64,000 bases of DNA from Azolla caroliniana (Eukaryota > Plantae > Polypodiophyta), in the NCBI GenBank assembly GCA_043228905.1, contig JBHGNT010000005.1, positions 16,740,001-16,804,000 on the forward strand. Reading direction: 5' to 3'. Positions 35,034 through 49,300 of the stretch are shown here, in pieces. The notes under the pieces were generated by a model, which saw nothing but the letters and a program-made list of their open reading frames with translations, was not told where the DNA came from and ran no database searches. The translations under genes were made by a program, and so were the position numbers. Each line of letters begins with the position of its first letter. Position 1 is the stretch's first letter.

Positions 35034-37480
35034 GAGGAAATTGGAACTCTAGAAGAGAGTCCGATCTCATTTCGACTAAGTGGGCCGAATGAGCGACTGA
35101 GTAGAAAGGACTAGTCGGATGAAGAGTCGGCGAGTTGTGGAGATTGGACGGTGCAGTCCTCGTGAAAGAAACCGAGGCGGCGGTTTATATGCAAGGAGAA
35201 GAGGAAGATGAAGATGTTGGAATATGGAAGTGAGGCTGATACATCGGATCGAAGCGAATCCGACGTGGCTAAGAACAAAGAGGGACCTCCAAAAACGAGG
35301 TTGAAGTCGGCCGAGAGGGCAATGAAATCGGCGAACCAGAAGCTGCACCTATCCACCCGCTAGAAGAATCTCATAATTTGGTATGGGTATAATGAGTATA
35401 TGTCACATCATTATGAGTATATGACAAAGGTGGCAGAAGTGCGTGAGCTAGAGAGCTACACAGAAGCAGCAAAGGTCACAAATTGACGTTCCGTCATGGA
35501 GGATGTGATGCGAGCATTATTGGAGAATGAGACTTGGAACCTAGTTGACGCCCTGAAGGGTGTGAAGCCGATCAGATGTAGGTGGGTGTACAAGGTCAAG
35601 TACAATGCCAATGGCTCGGTGAACCGATATAAGGCCCGATTGGTAGCCAAGTGCTATGTGCAAAAACATGATATCGATTACGACGAGACCTTTGTGCCAG
35701 TCACAACGATGATGACTGTCCATGTTTTGCTAGCGGTAGCCATGGAAAAGGGGTAGCATGCATTTACATCAGATGGATGTAAAGAATCCGTTCCGGAAAG
35801 GCGCTCTTGAGGAACAAGTGTACATCGTACAACCCCCCGGATTTCTATCCGAATGGAACACGTCGGTAGTTTGCCAATTGAAGAAGTCATTGTATGGACT
35901 CAAGTAAACCCCACGTGCCTAGAACACAAAGATCATACAACCACTGTGTAAGATGGGGTTTGCTTTGAAAAAATCAAATCCTTCATTGCTCATTCAAACG
36001 AGTTGGACCAGATCGATTAGCATTCTGCCATATGCCAATTATTTGGTCATCACCGACACCAACCTCGGAGAAATCAGTCGAGTAAAGTCTCAGTTTTTAG
36101 CATCATTCGAAATAAAGGATCTGGCGGATCTTGATTACTTCCTCGGGGTTGAAGTGATCCGAACCCCCGAAGGCATATTGATCAACCAACACCATTATGT
36201 GTTGAATATGCTCTTCAAGTTTGGGATGGCATATTGTAATTCTGTCTCAACCCTTCTGGATAGAAACGTGAAGCTTCACCAAAATTCGGGAACGGTGTGC
36301 GACCCGACACGATTCCGACAAATTTTCAGAAGCCTCATCTATTTCACGATCACTCAGCCGGACCTAAGTTACCCAGTTAGCTTGATCAATCAATTCATGT
36401 CGCAACCAAAGGATGAACATCTTCAATGCGAGCAAAGGATATTGTGATAAGTCAACAATACTAAGGATAGGGCGTCGTTGTATTAGACAGGAGTAGTCGA
36501 GGAGTTAGTCGGCTACATGGGTGTTGATTGGCCCGGATATGCCGGCAATTGCAGGTCAACATCCGGATTCGTGTTTTTATTGGGAAGTGTCGTGATCGTA
36601 TGGACTAGCAAAAAGTAGCCGAGAGTGGCACTATTGAGCACTGAGGCCGATTATCGAGGGGTGGCTATCGTTACGTGCGAAGCCATTTGGCTCAAAAGGT
36701 TATTGAAGGATTTGCATGTGGATGTGTCTGGACCAACAATCATATACTACGACAACCTCAACAACATCCAACTTGCGAAGAACCCTGTCTTCCATGCTCA
36801 GACAAAGCACATCGAGGTGCACTATCATTTTGTCTACAAGCGGGTACTCTTTGATGAAGTCGAACTGGTGTATGTTCTGACTAATCAGCAAGTTTCCGAT
36901 ATCTTCACCAAACCTCTTGGCCTTGACAAGTTGCGACATTTTTCGAGTATGCTTGGCTTAGAGCATCTCGACATGCCGAACTTGACTGGGAGGAGTCAAG
37001 CGGAAAAGGAGAGTGACTAAGTCCGAAAAGCCGAATCGGGTGAAGAATTTGATTTCAGCACGACTGAAGAAGTTGGAATGTCTGAATCGGCTGGAGAGGC
37101 TGAGGATGCATGGATAGGTGGAAGAAGATCCACTAAGCAAAGACTAGCCACATTCAGGGGGGAGCGGCCAAACGAGGGAGCCAAAGCTAGAGCCAGGCGA
37201 ACCAACGGGAGGTAGAGCTGAGAGAGGTGGCAGAGTCAAAAAGGACAAAGCCGACCAAGTGAAGGCCAGGACCAAGATATGGACAAATATGGTCAAGGAC
37301 CTGAAGGAGGACAAATCGGAGACAACCAATTCGAACAAGAGCTGGAATGAATTGGAACTAGACGATTTGATTGAGAATGGTGATTCGGACAAGCCAAATC
37401 GTACAAGGCCAAGCCGACGAGAAGACAGCCAAAGCTGACGCCGAGACAAAGGAGCCAACGGGTTGAGGGGCACCAATACC
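35034..37480 (+). pseudogene. pol: Ty1/Copia RT-RNase H fragment
   Basis: ENETWNLV..PIRCRWVYKVK..RYKARLVAK; YFLGVEV; TQPDLSYPVS; STEADY..NPVFHAQTKHIEVHYHF..DIFTKPL. Confidence 0.9.
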
Positions 37481-37499
37481 GTGACAACGAGGGAGTTGT

Positions 37500-38342
37500 G
37501 AAGGGCCTGAGTAGTAGACGAGTTGACTATAGGGGTTGAGGTGCGGGGAACTAGATGACTTCTGCTTCAGTATCGCCCTTGCCACCTCCACAACTGATCG
37601 GTTCTTCCTCTCAGCTATTCCGTTTTGTCCCGATGTATATCAGCAACTGAATTCTCTTCGAATTCCCTTCTATTGCAGATAGTCGTTGAATTGGACTGAA
37701 AAGTATTCTTTTCTGCCATCTGACCAGAAGCACTTAATCTTCCTCTTCATTTCTCATTCGACAAGATTTTGTAGGTTCTGGAAACAGTCGAAGACTTTGC
37801 TTTTCTTATCAATGAGATAGATCCACGTGTGCCGGTTGTAGTCATCAATGAAGGAGACCAAATATCGACTCCTACCAACACTAACATTATGTGTCAGTCC
37901 CCATACATACGAATGTATCAAGTCGAGCTTATTCTGGCTCCAGTTTCACTCGTTCCTTCCAGCCACTAAAGTTCGGTAATTCGAATACTACTTGTTTCAA
38001 TTGCAAATCCTAACGCCTCTGATCATTGACATGGCCTATTCGCTTGTGCCATAAATCGATGTCTGACTCGACTTTTTTTTCCTTTGGCGAATAAAGCGGT
38101 GCCGATGTCATTAGTGTCGAGGATGAACATCCTCCCATCCTGGCGCCCCTGTACAATGATTTTGGCCATCCTCCTCGATGAAACACCCGAGATGTGTGAA
38201 TCCAACTTGCATCCCTTGGTCAACAGACACCAGATTCTTTGTGATTGTGAGGAAATGTAGCACGTTCATGAGTTTTCCCTTTTATCCGACATGAATTAAG
38301 GAATTAAGGGAACTTCATTGACATGTTCAATCGGGTGTGGAG
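37500..38342 (-). pseudogene. Ty1/Copia GAG-pre-integrase/integrase fragment, opposite strand
   Basis: Minus-strand translation: RYLVSFIDDYNRHTWIYL, WSDG, GQNGIAERKNRSVVEVARA. Confidence 0.8.
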
Positions 38343-38531
38343 TGCCATGATGACACTGATATTATGCCTCGAAAGGATTTGAACCCACAACCTTGTGATA
38401 CACATATCAAATCCTTAACCATTGTAATAATATGCATATATGTATAGTAATTAGAATATATAATGTAATATCATAAGAATATTCAATCACTCTACATTCT
38501 AGAATGTCCTAGAATATTTAAGAGTGCTCTA
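38343..38531 (+). repeat. Truncated LTR-like fragment resembling the 5' part of the C LTR
   Basis: TGCCATGA start, GGATTTGAACCCACAACC, ATTCTAGAA; similar layout to 12777-12940. Confidence 0.4.
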
Positions 38532-39073
38532 TGTTAGGAATCGACCGGACACAACCAGTTTCACGTTCGTATTCGTGTGCAGTAATCACGAACTAGTACA
38601 CAGACAGAAAAGCGTAAAGACACGGAGACACTGATATTTTACGTTGAAAACCCGAAATGGGAAAAACCATGGGGTCCACAAACCCCGAGAAAGAGATCAT
38701 TATAGTAGACAAGAAGTACAAATACGGAACTCAGTGGCAACGACCTCGAGTTCTCCTTCGTCTGACAGATGGCTACAGAGTTACACTCTCACTCTCTCAC
38801 TCATGGTTACAGAGGCAACTACCTCCAGTTTACTATTTTCAATAACGATCAACTACATTGATATACTCTAAAGTTTGCCCTAGTTGGTTATAAACAAAAG
38901 CAACTTTTTATTTATTTACAAGTATAACCCACAAGGGCCTTTTAGACAATTTACAATTATAGTCTTCTGAAACGATTTCGGTAACCGGTTACGGTTTCGG
39001 TTTTAGTTTCGGATTACGATTTCAAGTTCAAATTTGGTTTCGGTTTCGGTCTCGGCTGAGATACTCACCAACA
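38532..39073 (-). repeat. Copia-like solo LTR
   Basis: TGTT...AACA termini and a Copia U5-like GAAAACCCG..GGGAAAAACC motif; no matching TSD. Confidence 0.5.
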
Positions 39074-40965
39074 TGGTGTTGTGAAGATTTTTGGCAACGA
39101 TGTGAAAATTGCATGGAATGAACAAAATTGAGTGTGGTTCTTCACACACAAGACATGAAATAATAATAGTGAATATACTATTTTAGATTAGCTTAATATC
39201 TTGGTATGGGAAGATGGAGGTCTAAAGAGCTTCCAAATGTACTTTACTACATTTGAAACCGAATTGGATCGGATAGACTGATCCATTGGATAAGTTGATC
39301 CCGATGATTTTGGTTTGAAACGAACAAAATCATCTCGACTAAAAAAAACCTAGTAAAAATTTGTATACAAAGGGATGCAAGTAAGGCTTGAACCTTGCAC
39401 CTCCAAGTTAAGAGGTAGTAGACTTACCACTAAGCCAGGTCACTTCATTAAAAATATTTTTCCTATCATTATACTTTTACATGTAAATTCTCATATTAGA
39501 GCTTGATTAAGTGACATGGTTATCATGCATCACATGTAATGCATGAGCGCCAAATGGCAAACATTCATCACATGCATTCCATGCATTGTATGCATGTCTT
39601 GTACCCTCACATGCATCATATGGAGAAGAAAATTCGTTATCCAATTGATGATATATCTTGTTCCTCAAATCTAAAGTGAAGGGTTCAATCGTAATCTCTC
39701 TCTTCATTTCAATCTCTCACAATCTAAAGTCAAGCATTCTATGTTATCTAAACCTCTCTTGCTTTCAATCTATCTTAAATACTTTCTCGCTAAAGCTAGT
39801 GCAAACTTTTCGAATCCTTCCGATCTAAAACCCTGACGGTTCCACCTCACGATCCGCACATAGTGACAGATTTTTCACGACATAATTAAGTGGTGAACCC
39901 GATGTGAAAGAGGTGGTAGGAAGGATGAAGTCGAGGATCGACCGATACTTGGAGATGGCGTCCTCAAGCAATGAAGCGGGAGAGTTCGAAAGGATGATGC
40001 TAATCGTCGAACAAATGATGAGATCTCGGGACAACGATGCGAACGTGCAGAAGGCTGTCGACCGTGTCGTAGAGCTCGAGGGTCAATTTGATGGAAGGAA
40101 CATTACGAAGTTCCTTGATGCATATAGAAGAGAGATGAATCCGAGGGACGTGTCTGAAGCGTGCCAAATCACAAGTTTCAAGAGAGTGGTCGCCAACAAC
40201 ATCCAAAGACGCTGTCGTGAAGAAAACCGTCCCCAGGCGCAAACCGTGTATCGCGGGTGTGAACCGGCCCTTACACGTGGGCACGCCCCTTGTTGTATAG
40301 TAGATAGCTAGGCACAAAAGTCGAATCCTAGGTAGCAATATTCTGTAGGGAGAATCGAGGAGTATCTCTGTCCGAAAGGACAGAGAATTAATGTGATGTA
40401 AACGGGTGAAACGGCCTCCCTCCTTGAGCTATAAATAAAAGAGAGGGAGACAGAGAGGGAGGGTATCGCGCACTAGAAGGGACGAAGTGTTGTCAGACTG
40501 GGACCGAGCTCTTCTTCTCTGTCGTTCTCCATACCTTCTTTTGCGTAGGTTCTCGAGAGGCTGATCCTGCTCCGTGGAACGCTCGTGTGCTTCCGGCAGA
40601 ATCTCCGTCTTGCTCCCCCCCCCCCCCCCCCCCTTGTGTGCGTGGGTGATCAGGCGTCGGCATCCATCTCGCCGACCTGATCGGCTGTAACCGTTCGAGT
40701 CGTCTGCATACATATATTTATATACATACACTAGTGTTCTTATACTCTATTTCCTGCTCAACTCGTGTCTCTTGTGTTGTTGGGCCACATCCCCGTGCGC
40801 TTCTTTGTCTATACGTGTGTGAGCATCTCTCTCTCTCTCCCCCCCTTTTTCTCACCTATTCCTCGATCCAAGACCCCAGTGGTTCCGCCTTGTTCTCTAC
40901 GCACGCGCGTAACAACGTGACATCTTTGGTGAACCCGATGTGAACAGGCGGCAGAGGAGTAGAAG

Positions 40966-43900
40966 ATGAGGGGGACAGACCTCGCAGAAGCCATGGCTTC
41001 GGCTGTGGACAGTATAGTCAGTGCGCACGAAGGCACTGGCGCCCTTGATAGGGCTATCGAGGCGGTTGTTGGTACGATCGGCCGGTTTAGTGGGAAGGAT
41101 GCCACGAGCTACTTGGCGTCCTACCGGGCTGACATGGTAATGAGGGACATTCCGGAAGAGAGGCGTCTAGCCGGATTCCCTCGAGTGGCGATGCCGGGCA
41201 TCCATATGGAGGTGCTCGAGGTACGGGCCGAGAGCCGGACCTGGGAGGAGTTCGAAGGTCGGCTCCTCGAAAATTACGGGCTTGAAGATGTGCTTCGACT
41301 TTCGAAGCGGGACTTCATGGAGTGGGTGGAGACCCCCGACAAAGGAAGGAACGTGTCGGTGCTCCTCTGGGAGTTTGAGGAACGCTTCGCGCGCCTCTCG
41401 GTGCTTGACCGGACCATTCTGGACACAAGTCGTGTCCTATTGTTTGTTAAATCAGTTGACGAGCGGGATCGAGAGCAAGTAGGCCTCCTTTTGGAGACTG
41501 ATGACAGGCTGACGGCCGACTGGGCCGTGGTGAAGAGGGTCTGTGGCCGTTTCGACAAACAGGGGGAATGGGTTGACAAAGGATCGATAGGGGCGGGCTC
41601 TTCGCAGCAAGGAAGCTCGAGCCAACACCACCAACGCGAAGAGAAGAGACCCGAGATTGGCTCGAGACCGGATCGGCTTCGATCGGCATGGTCAAGGGCT
41701 TGTCCGGGGGAGCAACTCTGGAGGAACTAACGCGGATGGTAAAGGATCTCCAGATCGCCCAGGCACAGAGGGATGGTGGCGAGCAGGCCCATGACCGACG
41801 ACCTCTGGTTGGAAACAGGTGCATGTGGTGTGACGCGGTTGGTCACATCCGGAAGGACTGCGGGGACTTCGCCGAGGCAATGAGAAGCAACGTGGTGTAC
41901 CTATGGAACGGTCGAGTGCACGCCAGCGAGACTCGAAGGGCCCTGGACCTAAACGTCGGGCGAGGAGGTATGAAAAGGTTGATGGAGGAGGCGGTAGCTC
42001 GCCACGCGGAGACTGTTCACTACTCGGCGTCAACTGGCATTCGGGTCGGAGGTGGTGAGGCCCCGAAGACGAACAAAGCCGGGTTCTGGCCGACGATGCT
42101 AGAAGGCCTCGCCGGCGCACGACTAAGGAAAGAAGAGGCGGACCGCGCGGGAAAATGGGTCCGGGAGGTAACCGGGTGGAATGACCCGGTGGAAGAAAAC
42201 ACGGGCTTCATCGAAGCCACTTGTCAAAACTACGAGGCTCTGGTGGAGGACAAGCGGGTAGGGAAAACCGGAGGGGCCGGGCCCTCGCAACAATATGAAA
42301 CTCGATTCGGGAAAAAGGCGGAATGAGGCTGGTTTAACCGGCGCCCAGGATAATCCCAAGAAGGGCGGGTATCGGCTGGGCACAGAAATCGAAAGATCCA
42401 CGGACCTGCGAAAGGTCCTGGAAGAACGAATCCTCGACAGCAAGGTGGAACTGTCGCTGAGGGAAGTGCTTGGGATCACCAAGAAGGAGTTCCACCAATC
42501 CATCATAGACTTGGTGAAGAGGAAGAGGTTGTCGACGGAGAAGGAACCGGAGAAGCCGATGGAGGTGTGGACGACGCACATAGAGGACATGGCGCTAGAA
42601 GACGAGTTGGCGGAGAGCCACTATTCGAGGTTGCCCTGGGCCAGAGCGACCACGGAGACCCCCGTGAAGATCAGAGATGTTCATGAACCGGTGGTGGCGT
42701 TGGTGGAGCACAGTTCAGAAATCAATTTGATGTCCATGGACTTCTACAAGAAGGGGAAATGGCCGATCAACACCAAGCACGGGTGGAAAATACGGGCAAC
42801 GACGCGTCCCACCGAAGAACTGCATGGAGCCTGCTCGAATATACGAGTAAAGATCGGCGATGTCGAGATTGACCAGCACCTCTTCGTGCAGGAGATGTCC
42901 TCACATCCGGTTATACTAGGAGAACTGTACATCATGGCAGCACGGATGGAGACAAAGGTGTTGGACAACGGCTCGGCCTATGCGAGGGTCAAGAGCCAGG
43001 ATGGGCGTCACTCGGTCCAGTTCCTGAAGATGAGACCGAACCATGAGGGGAACCGTGAGACCCTCGGGGGCGAAAGCCGAGAGGATTTTTAGAGAGGGCT
43101 ATCAAGGCGTGGGGCCGCGATAGTCCGGACACTCCGGGAACACCCCACAACTGTACGATAGTGAAGAAGACCTGTACTATAAGTAGGAAATTTTGGTTCT
43201 CCGACAATGGAGGGTGTACGATAGTCGACGTCGTTGGCCGGAAGAAGGAAAGGGCGGAGGAGCGACATCGGGCATGTGGTATCCTCGGCCCAGGAGAGGA
43301 AATCAATAGAGCCGTGGAGGCGGTCTCTTTTGACGATACCTTGGGGGAGCTTCGAGAGGTAGTCGGAGGAGTCCTTAAAGAGGATCGGACGATTCCGGTA
43401 TGTTTGGAAAGGATGTACGAAGTCATCGTGGACTTAAGTAGAGGGCTCGAGTCGGATTGGACAGCCCGGGTGGACACGAGGTACAAGACTGTGGACTGGA
43501 AGGTGAGGCCAGTCGCGGCTCCCTTGCCGGAGGGCAGCGAGCTGCGAATGAAGGGGGTTGCGTCGGACCCGAGTTTACGAAATCCGGCCCGCATAGGACA
43601 CACGTTCATCGACATAACTCTACGTGAGCTCAAAATCGGTGGGGGCGGCTTCCTACTACTGGTGGAAGAGGACCGGTTTCGGGGAATGCTCGGAAGGCAC
43701 GGGAAGGCTTTCGCATTCTCACCGGAGGAGATCGGGTGCGTAGACCCGACAGTCGTGGAACCGATGGTGATATTCACGGTACCGCATGTGTTGTGGAGTC
43801 TCAAACCGATTCCAGTACCCAAAGCTCACATCCCGAAGCTGATGGAGTTGTTAAAGCAAAAGGTCAAGATGGGCATCCTCGAACCGTCGATTGCCCCATA

Positions 43901-46183
43901 CTCGAATCGGTGGTTTACCGTGCCGAAGAAGAACGGCATGTTGCGCTTTATTCAAGATCTGTAACCAGTCAACAAGGTGACCATTCGAAACGCAGGAATC
44001 GGACCGACAATAGACGAGTTCGCGGAGGCCTTCGCCGGAAGGTCGATTTACTCGGTCGGTGATCTCTACTCGGGGTACGATCAATTCCAGCTAGCCATAG
44101 AGAGTAGAGACATCACGACAATGCGAACTCCTCTCGGCCTAGTACGGATGTGTACCCTACCGCAAGGAGGGACGAACTCGGTGGCTCACATGGTGAACGC
44201 AATGAACAAGGTGTTGAGGGATTGTATCCCGGACATCACCATGCCGTTTTTGGACGATGTCCCAATCAAGGGATGCCCGGTGGAGGAAAAGGACGAGATG
44301 ATCGGACCGGACGGGTGCCGGAAATTCGTGGCAACGCACATCGATGACTGCGAAAAGGTGCTGCAAAGGCTAGAGGGCGCGAGGCTCATCTTCTCCAGGG
44401 AAAAATCGGCCTTCGGGCAATCAGAGATCATGGTCGTCGGACACCTATGCGGGTCGTATGGCCGGAAACCGTCTCTGGCTAAAGTAGAAGCCTTCGGGCA
44501 ATCAGCTGAAGCACGACTGTAGCTCGATCACGGAGGTTTGGAGGTTCCTGGGAGCATGCGCGTTCTACCACATCTGGATCTCACATTACGCCCACATCGC
44601 GGAGCCGTTATATGGGTTGCTGAAAAAGGGGCGAAAATTCGAGTGGAGAGACAAGCATACGGAGTCTATCTGGAAGGCTGTCTACGGAAAGGACACTTTC
44701 AAGGGCGAGGTTCGAAAACGAGGGCGGCATGGTTTCGGAGGACGAGGAAGTCGGCGTGGACTTCTTCGAAGCGGCTTACGTAACAACCGGCAGCGAATGC
44801 ACTCCAACGCTTAACGATTTTGACGAGAGCAAGTACAACGGGGAGTGGCTGCATATCGGTGGGTTCCTGAAAACAATGACACCGGACGTGGCTTGGACAA
44901 AGGATGAGGCCAACCGGATTCGGAAGAAAGAGTACCGATTCTTTCTCCAGGAAGGGTACATATGGAAGCACCCGAAGAAGAGGAACGACATCCCGCTCCG
45001 AGTGGTGGCGAAGAAGGAGGAACAGGAGGATTTGTTGGCGGTGTACCACGATAGTCCTTGGGCTGGACACTGTGGAACGTGGGCCACGTTCAAAAAGCTA
45101 AAGGGGAAGTATTGGTGGCCGGGACTATACCGGGACGTGCATCGGTTCGTGACGACTTGCGAAAGCTGTCAGGTGCACTCCATGATCCGACACCGGAACG
45201 AGCTTCACCTGACCCACCCTCCGACCGTCCAGTTCAAGTGAATGGTGGATTTGGTGTTCTTGCCGCTGGGGGTAGGACAGATGCGGTATTTGGTGTTGGC
45301 TCGGGAGGATCTAACGAACCAGGTTGAAGGCCGAGCCTTGCAGAACAAGACGACTGCGGCCGTGTGCTGGTTTTTGATTGACGACGTGGTATGTCGATAC
45401 GGGTGCGTAGGGAAGATCGTGGCTGACCGTGGTGAGTTGGACGCAAAAGAGGCCGAAGAGCTGTTCGACCGGCTAGGGGTCAAACTTTCGCTCACCACAG
45501 TGTACAATCCGGAGGCGAACGGGAAGGTAGAGCGCGGACACAAGCCGATTGTCAAAGCGCTAGTACGGGCATGCGGAGGCCAAGTCGGGAATTGGCCAGG
45601 GCTGCTATGGTATGCCTTGTGGGCGGACCGAACTACGCACAGTTCGGTAACCGGGTTCATGCCGACAGAGCTTATGTTCGGACAGAAGCCGATCATGCCA
45701 ACAGAGTGAACGATCTCCTCGTGGGCCACGATGGACGGGAGGGATGAGATGAGCCAGGAGGAACTCTTGGCAGCGCGGATTTGACAGCTCGAGCGGAGTC
45801 CGGAGGACGTAGAGCGAGCCGCAGAGAATCTTCGGGTAGCGAGGATAAGGAACAAAGCCCAGTTCGACCGTATGCACCGGCTCCGGCCAAGGAAGATGGA
45901 GGAAGGCGACTGGGTGCTAGTCTACGACAGCCGCCTCGACAATCAGCACAGGGCCACGTGGAAGTTTGCGAGGAGGTGGTTTGGGCCTTACTTAGTAACA
46001 GGCGCCAACGACAATGGGACGTACCATCTCGCGGAGCTCGACGGTACGAGAATGGCGATACCGGTTGCGGGGAAGAGGATCAAAGGATTCAAGAAACGAC
46101 ACGACGGTGAGCCGGAGCTAGGGGGCATGGACAGCGACGACGAGCAGCCCGAGGCGGAGGACGAACCGGTAAACGAGGAATAA
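40966..46183 (+). pseudogene. gag-PR and pol of E, frameshifted and with stops
   Basis: Knuckle CMWCDAVGHIRKDC; RT FLDD; RNase H largely deleted near 44670-44700; IN VADRGE..NPEANGKVERG..WFGPY. Confidence 0.9.
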
Positions 46184-46379
46184 AAGCAAGGACCTGTTTT
46201 CTCCAGTAGGAACCCAATTTTGGCGCATACCGGTGGATGCGCGGTTAGGTGGGGGCGGATGTCGTGAAGAAAACCGTCCCCAGGCGCAAACCGTGTATCG
46301 CGGGTGTGAACCGGCCCATACACGCGGGCACACCCCTTGTTGTATAGTAGATAGGTAGGCACAAAAGTCGAATCCTAGG

Positions 46380-49300
46380 TGTTACGGGCATGACCATATA
46401 ATATCCCGTGGTGAGAATTGTCATAGTATTCTATACACGTGGATAAGTGTGAGGGTTAAACAAAGAGTCTAAAGAAGGGGAGGATTACTTTTAATCCTCG
46501 GGATTGAGACAACCCATGAGGCCAAGTGTGAACATGGCTAGGGGCCTTGAGAATTACTATAAATAAGAGGCCTAGCTACCCTCATTTGGGCATGCATTGA
46601 CTACGTCGAGACTCTGTCCGTGAGTGGAACGACTCTTGTAGCAAGCGCGCTATCGTCCAGGTACGACTCGACGCCAAGGCGGTGGTATGGGACGCCGATC
46701 GAGGCTCGAGTCCGTCTCGATCCCTTCGCTCGGGGGTGGTCGGGTGGATCGGCACCCTTCTTTCTCTCTTTTCTCTCTATTCTTTCTAGATCTATCATTG
46801 ATATATCCTTATTTTATGCTTACTTTAGTACCTAATCTCTAATATTTGGTATCAGAGCCTATGTACTAACGTTTCTTTTGGTTTTCTTTTTGTCTTCGCG
46901 TGGGATGGCGATTGATCGTTGTGCGGTCGCCTTCATGCAGACAAGGATTAGCGAAAGAACTTCGGTAAATTTTCCTTAATTTTTTATCTAATTTTTCTTC
47001 TCCCTTCTATACATGTGTATACTTAATATGTAGTTTTTTTTTCATATATTCAATGATGTTGACGTGGTATTTAATTGGTTATCTTAAACGTTTACATATG
47101 TCCACGAGGTCAATACCTCGTTTGACATATAAATCATATGTGATGAGTGTCGTATGCGTACGAGGTTATTACCTCAATTGCGTATTACGTTCACGAACAT
47201 ATGTTACGTTCGCGTACGAGGTCAATACCTCGCTTCGTTCGAAATGATATGCGTTGGATTTACTATGCGTAAGAGGTCAATACCTCAATTGCGAATTACG
47301 CTTAACCTTATTTTCGGATGTTTCGTGTGCGTAGAGGTATATGCCTCGATTACGTATCCCGAATACATCATTGTTGGCTATATAAAAAAAAACGATTCAT
47401 TTAGTATACGCATATGTGGTCACTTATATACGTCTCTGATCGTATATATGTGATATATTGACATATGTGTATATTTTAGATTACGTGATTCATATCAAAT
47501 GTTTTCCTAATTGGGGAGAGGATTTTGGTGGCCGTCCTCACATTTTTGTGAGAATGGCGTTGTCACCATCCCTTTTATCAACAATTTTTATTGTTGAAAT
47601 TCCCGTTAGTCACTTTGATCTTTCGTTACGTAACGAACCTCGTATAGCCAAAATGATGTTGAATACGTCGGGCTTGATCCACATCAAGTAGGGTCGCTCT
47701 AATGACACACGTATCCAACATCTCCCCTCGTTACATGGATACGATGCCACCATGAGCTCGTTCTTATGAGCGCCATTCGTAATCACGTGACCATGTGATG
47801 GGCCACATGAGCCTACGAAGACACAAGGGCTCATTCGGCTTGACCATTAGGTTACACTTTGGCATATGCCATCGTAATTACGAGGCTTGAGGTTAGGTAG
47901 CGTACAACCATAGTGGGTAATAAATGAGGGAGAAATAAGGCCACTTGACCTATATGTTTCTTTTAGAAAAACATATAGGGGCAAATGCCTCGCATATCTC
48001 GAATACGCCTCAAACATTAAACATTCAAGACGCGCAATCTACTTGGTTGGCTCAAGTGTTTAATGTATTTGTCCTCGAGGTCTCGAGTTCAAATATGACC
48101 AACACCATACAACATCGTTGATACATATGACTATAATACATGTTTAGACTTTAGGTCTAAGTGCACTTCGGGGTCCTCGTAATAGGACTTAAAGAGCCGA
48201 AACCACATATGTGGGCACAGAAACATAGTTATTGTTAACATTTTTTTCGTGTATAAACTATTCATGACGCGAACATACATGGTTGAGCCTCGGGGAGCCG
48301 CCATGAAAAAAATCGATATAGAGATCAGGGAAAGGCATTCATTTGTCACCCCCATGGTTTTTAAAACACCTCTGTGTTACCATAGTAACCTGATCTTGAA
48401 CCTCATCTCATACGTCTAGAGGGGTATTGACGTGAGATCATGATATCGATTAATGTTTGCCCATGATATGTTTACACCACGACAAGATGTTATGACTATT
48501 TGTCTAACCTTATCTTATTTCTTTGCCAGAAATAATCATTCAATGGCTCAGAATAACGACCCGATGCCCTCCGCTCAAGCGGAAAGACCTCAAGGAAATC
48601 CTCCTGGGACAATGTCCATTGAGGCGTATATTTTACAAGTACAACATTTCCTTAGTTCAACCGCGCAGCAGTTGACCGAATTTCGGCAATCTCAAAGTGC
48701 TCTCGAGGCACGAGTCATTAGTCTCCAAAATGAGATTAATAGACCTGATGAGTGTCAGGGTGAACCATCATTTGTCGTAAAGCCATTTACGGGAGATAAA
48801 AAGGAAAGAACTGAAGAAGCAATCTGCACGTGGCTGGGCCGATGGGAGTCTCATTTTGAGCTCTATCCCACGCCAGATAGTACGAAGATTGCATATGTCG
48901 GCCGAGAACTAGGGGGTAAGGCCGCCGCTTGGTGGCGTGGGCTCCGAACTTTGGGGAGATTGCCCGAGACCTGGACAGACTTTGTCACAGTTTTCAAGGG
49001 TCAATTTCTACAACCTCCCTCTCGAACCGAGGCAGCACAAGCTTTAATGAACCTCTCTAGCAGGAAGTTTTCCTCGCTAGAAGACTATGTCCACCATGCT
49101 AGAACCCAAATCCAAAAATCGGGTCTAGAAGGGGACAATTGGTTAATAGCTTGTTTTGTCAATGGCATCCCCAATTCGGACTATCACTGGATAGTGCACG
49201 ATAAGGATCCAAAATCCTTCGAAGAGGCCGTTGAGATAGTTCTTCACTATCAACACACTTCGAAGAAGGACCATAACAAACCCAACGAAGCGCCCGGGAC

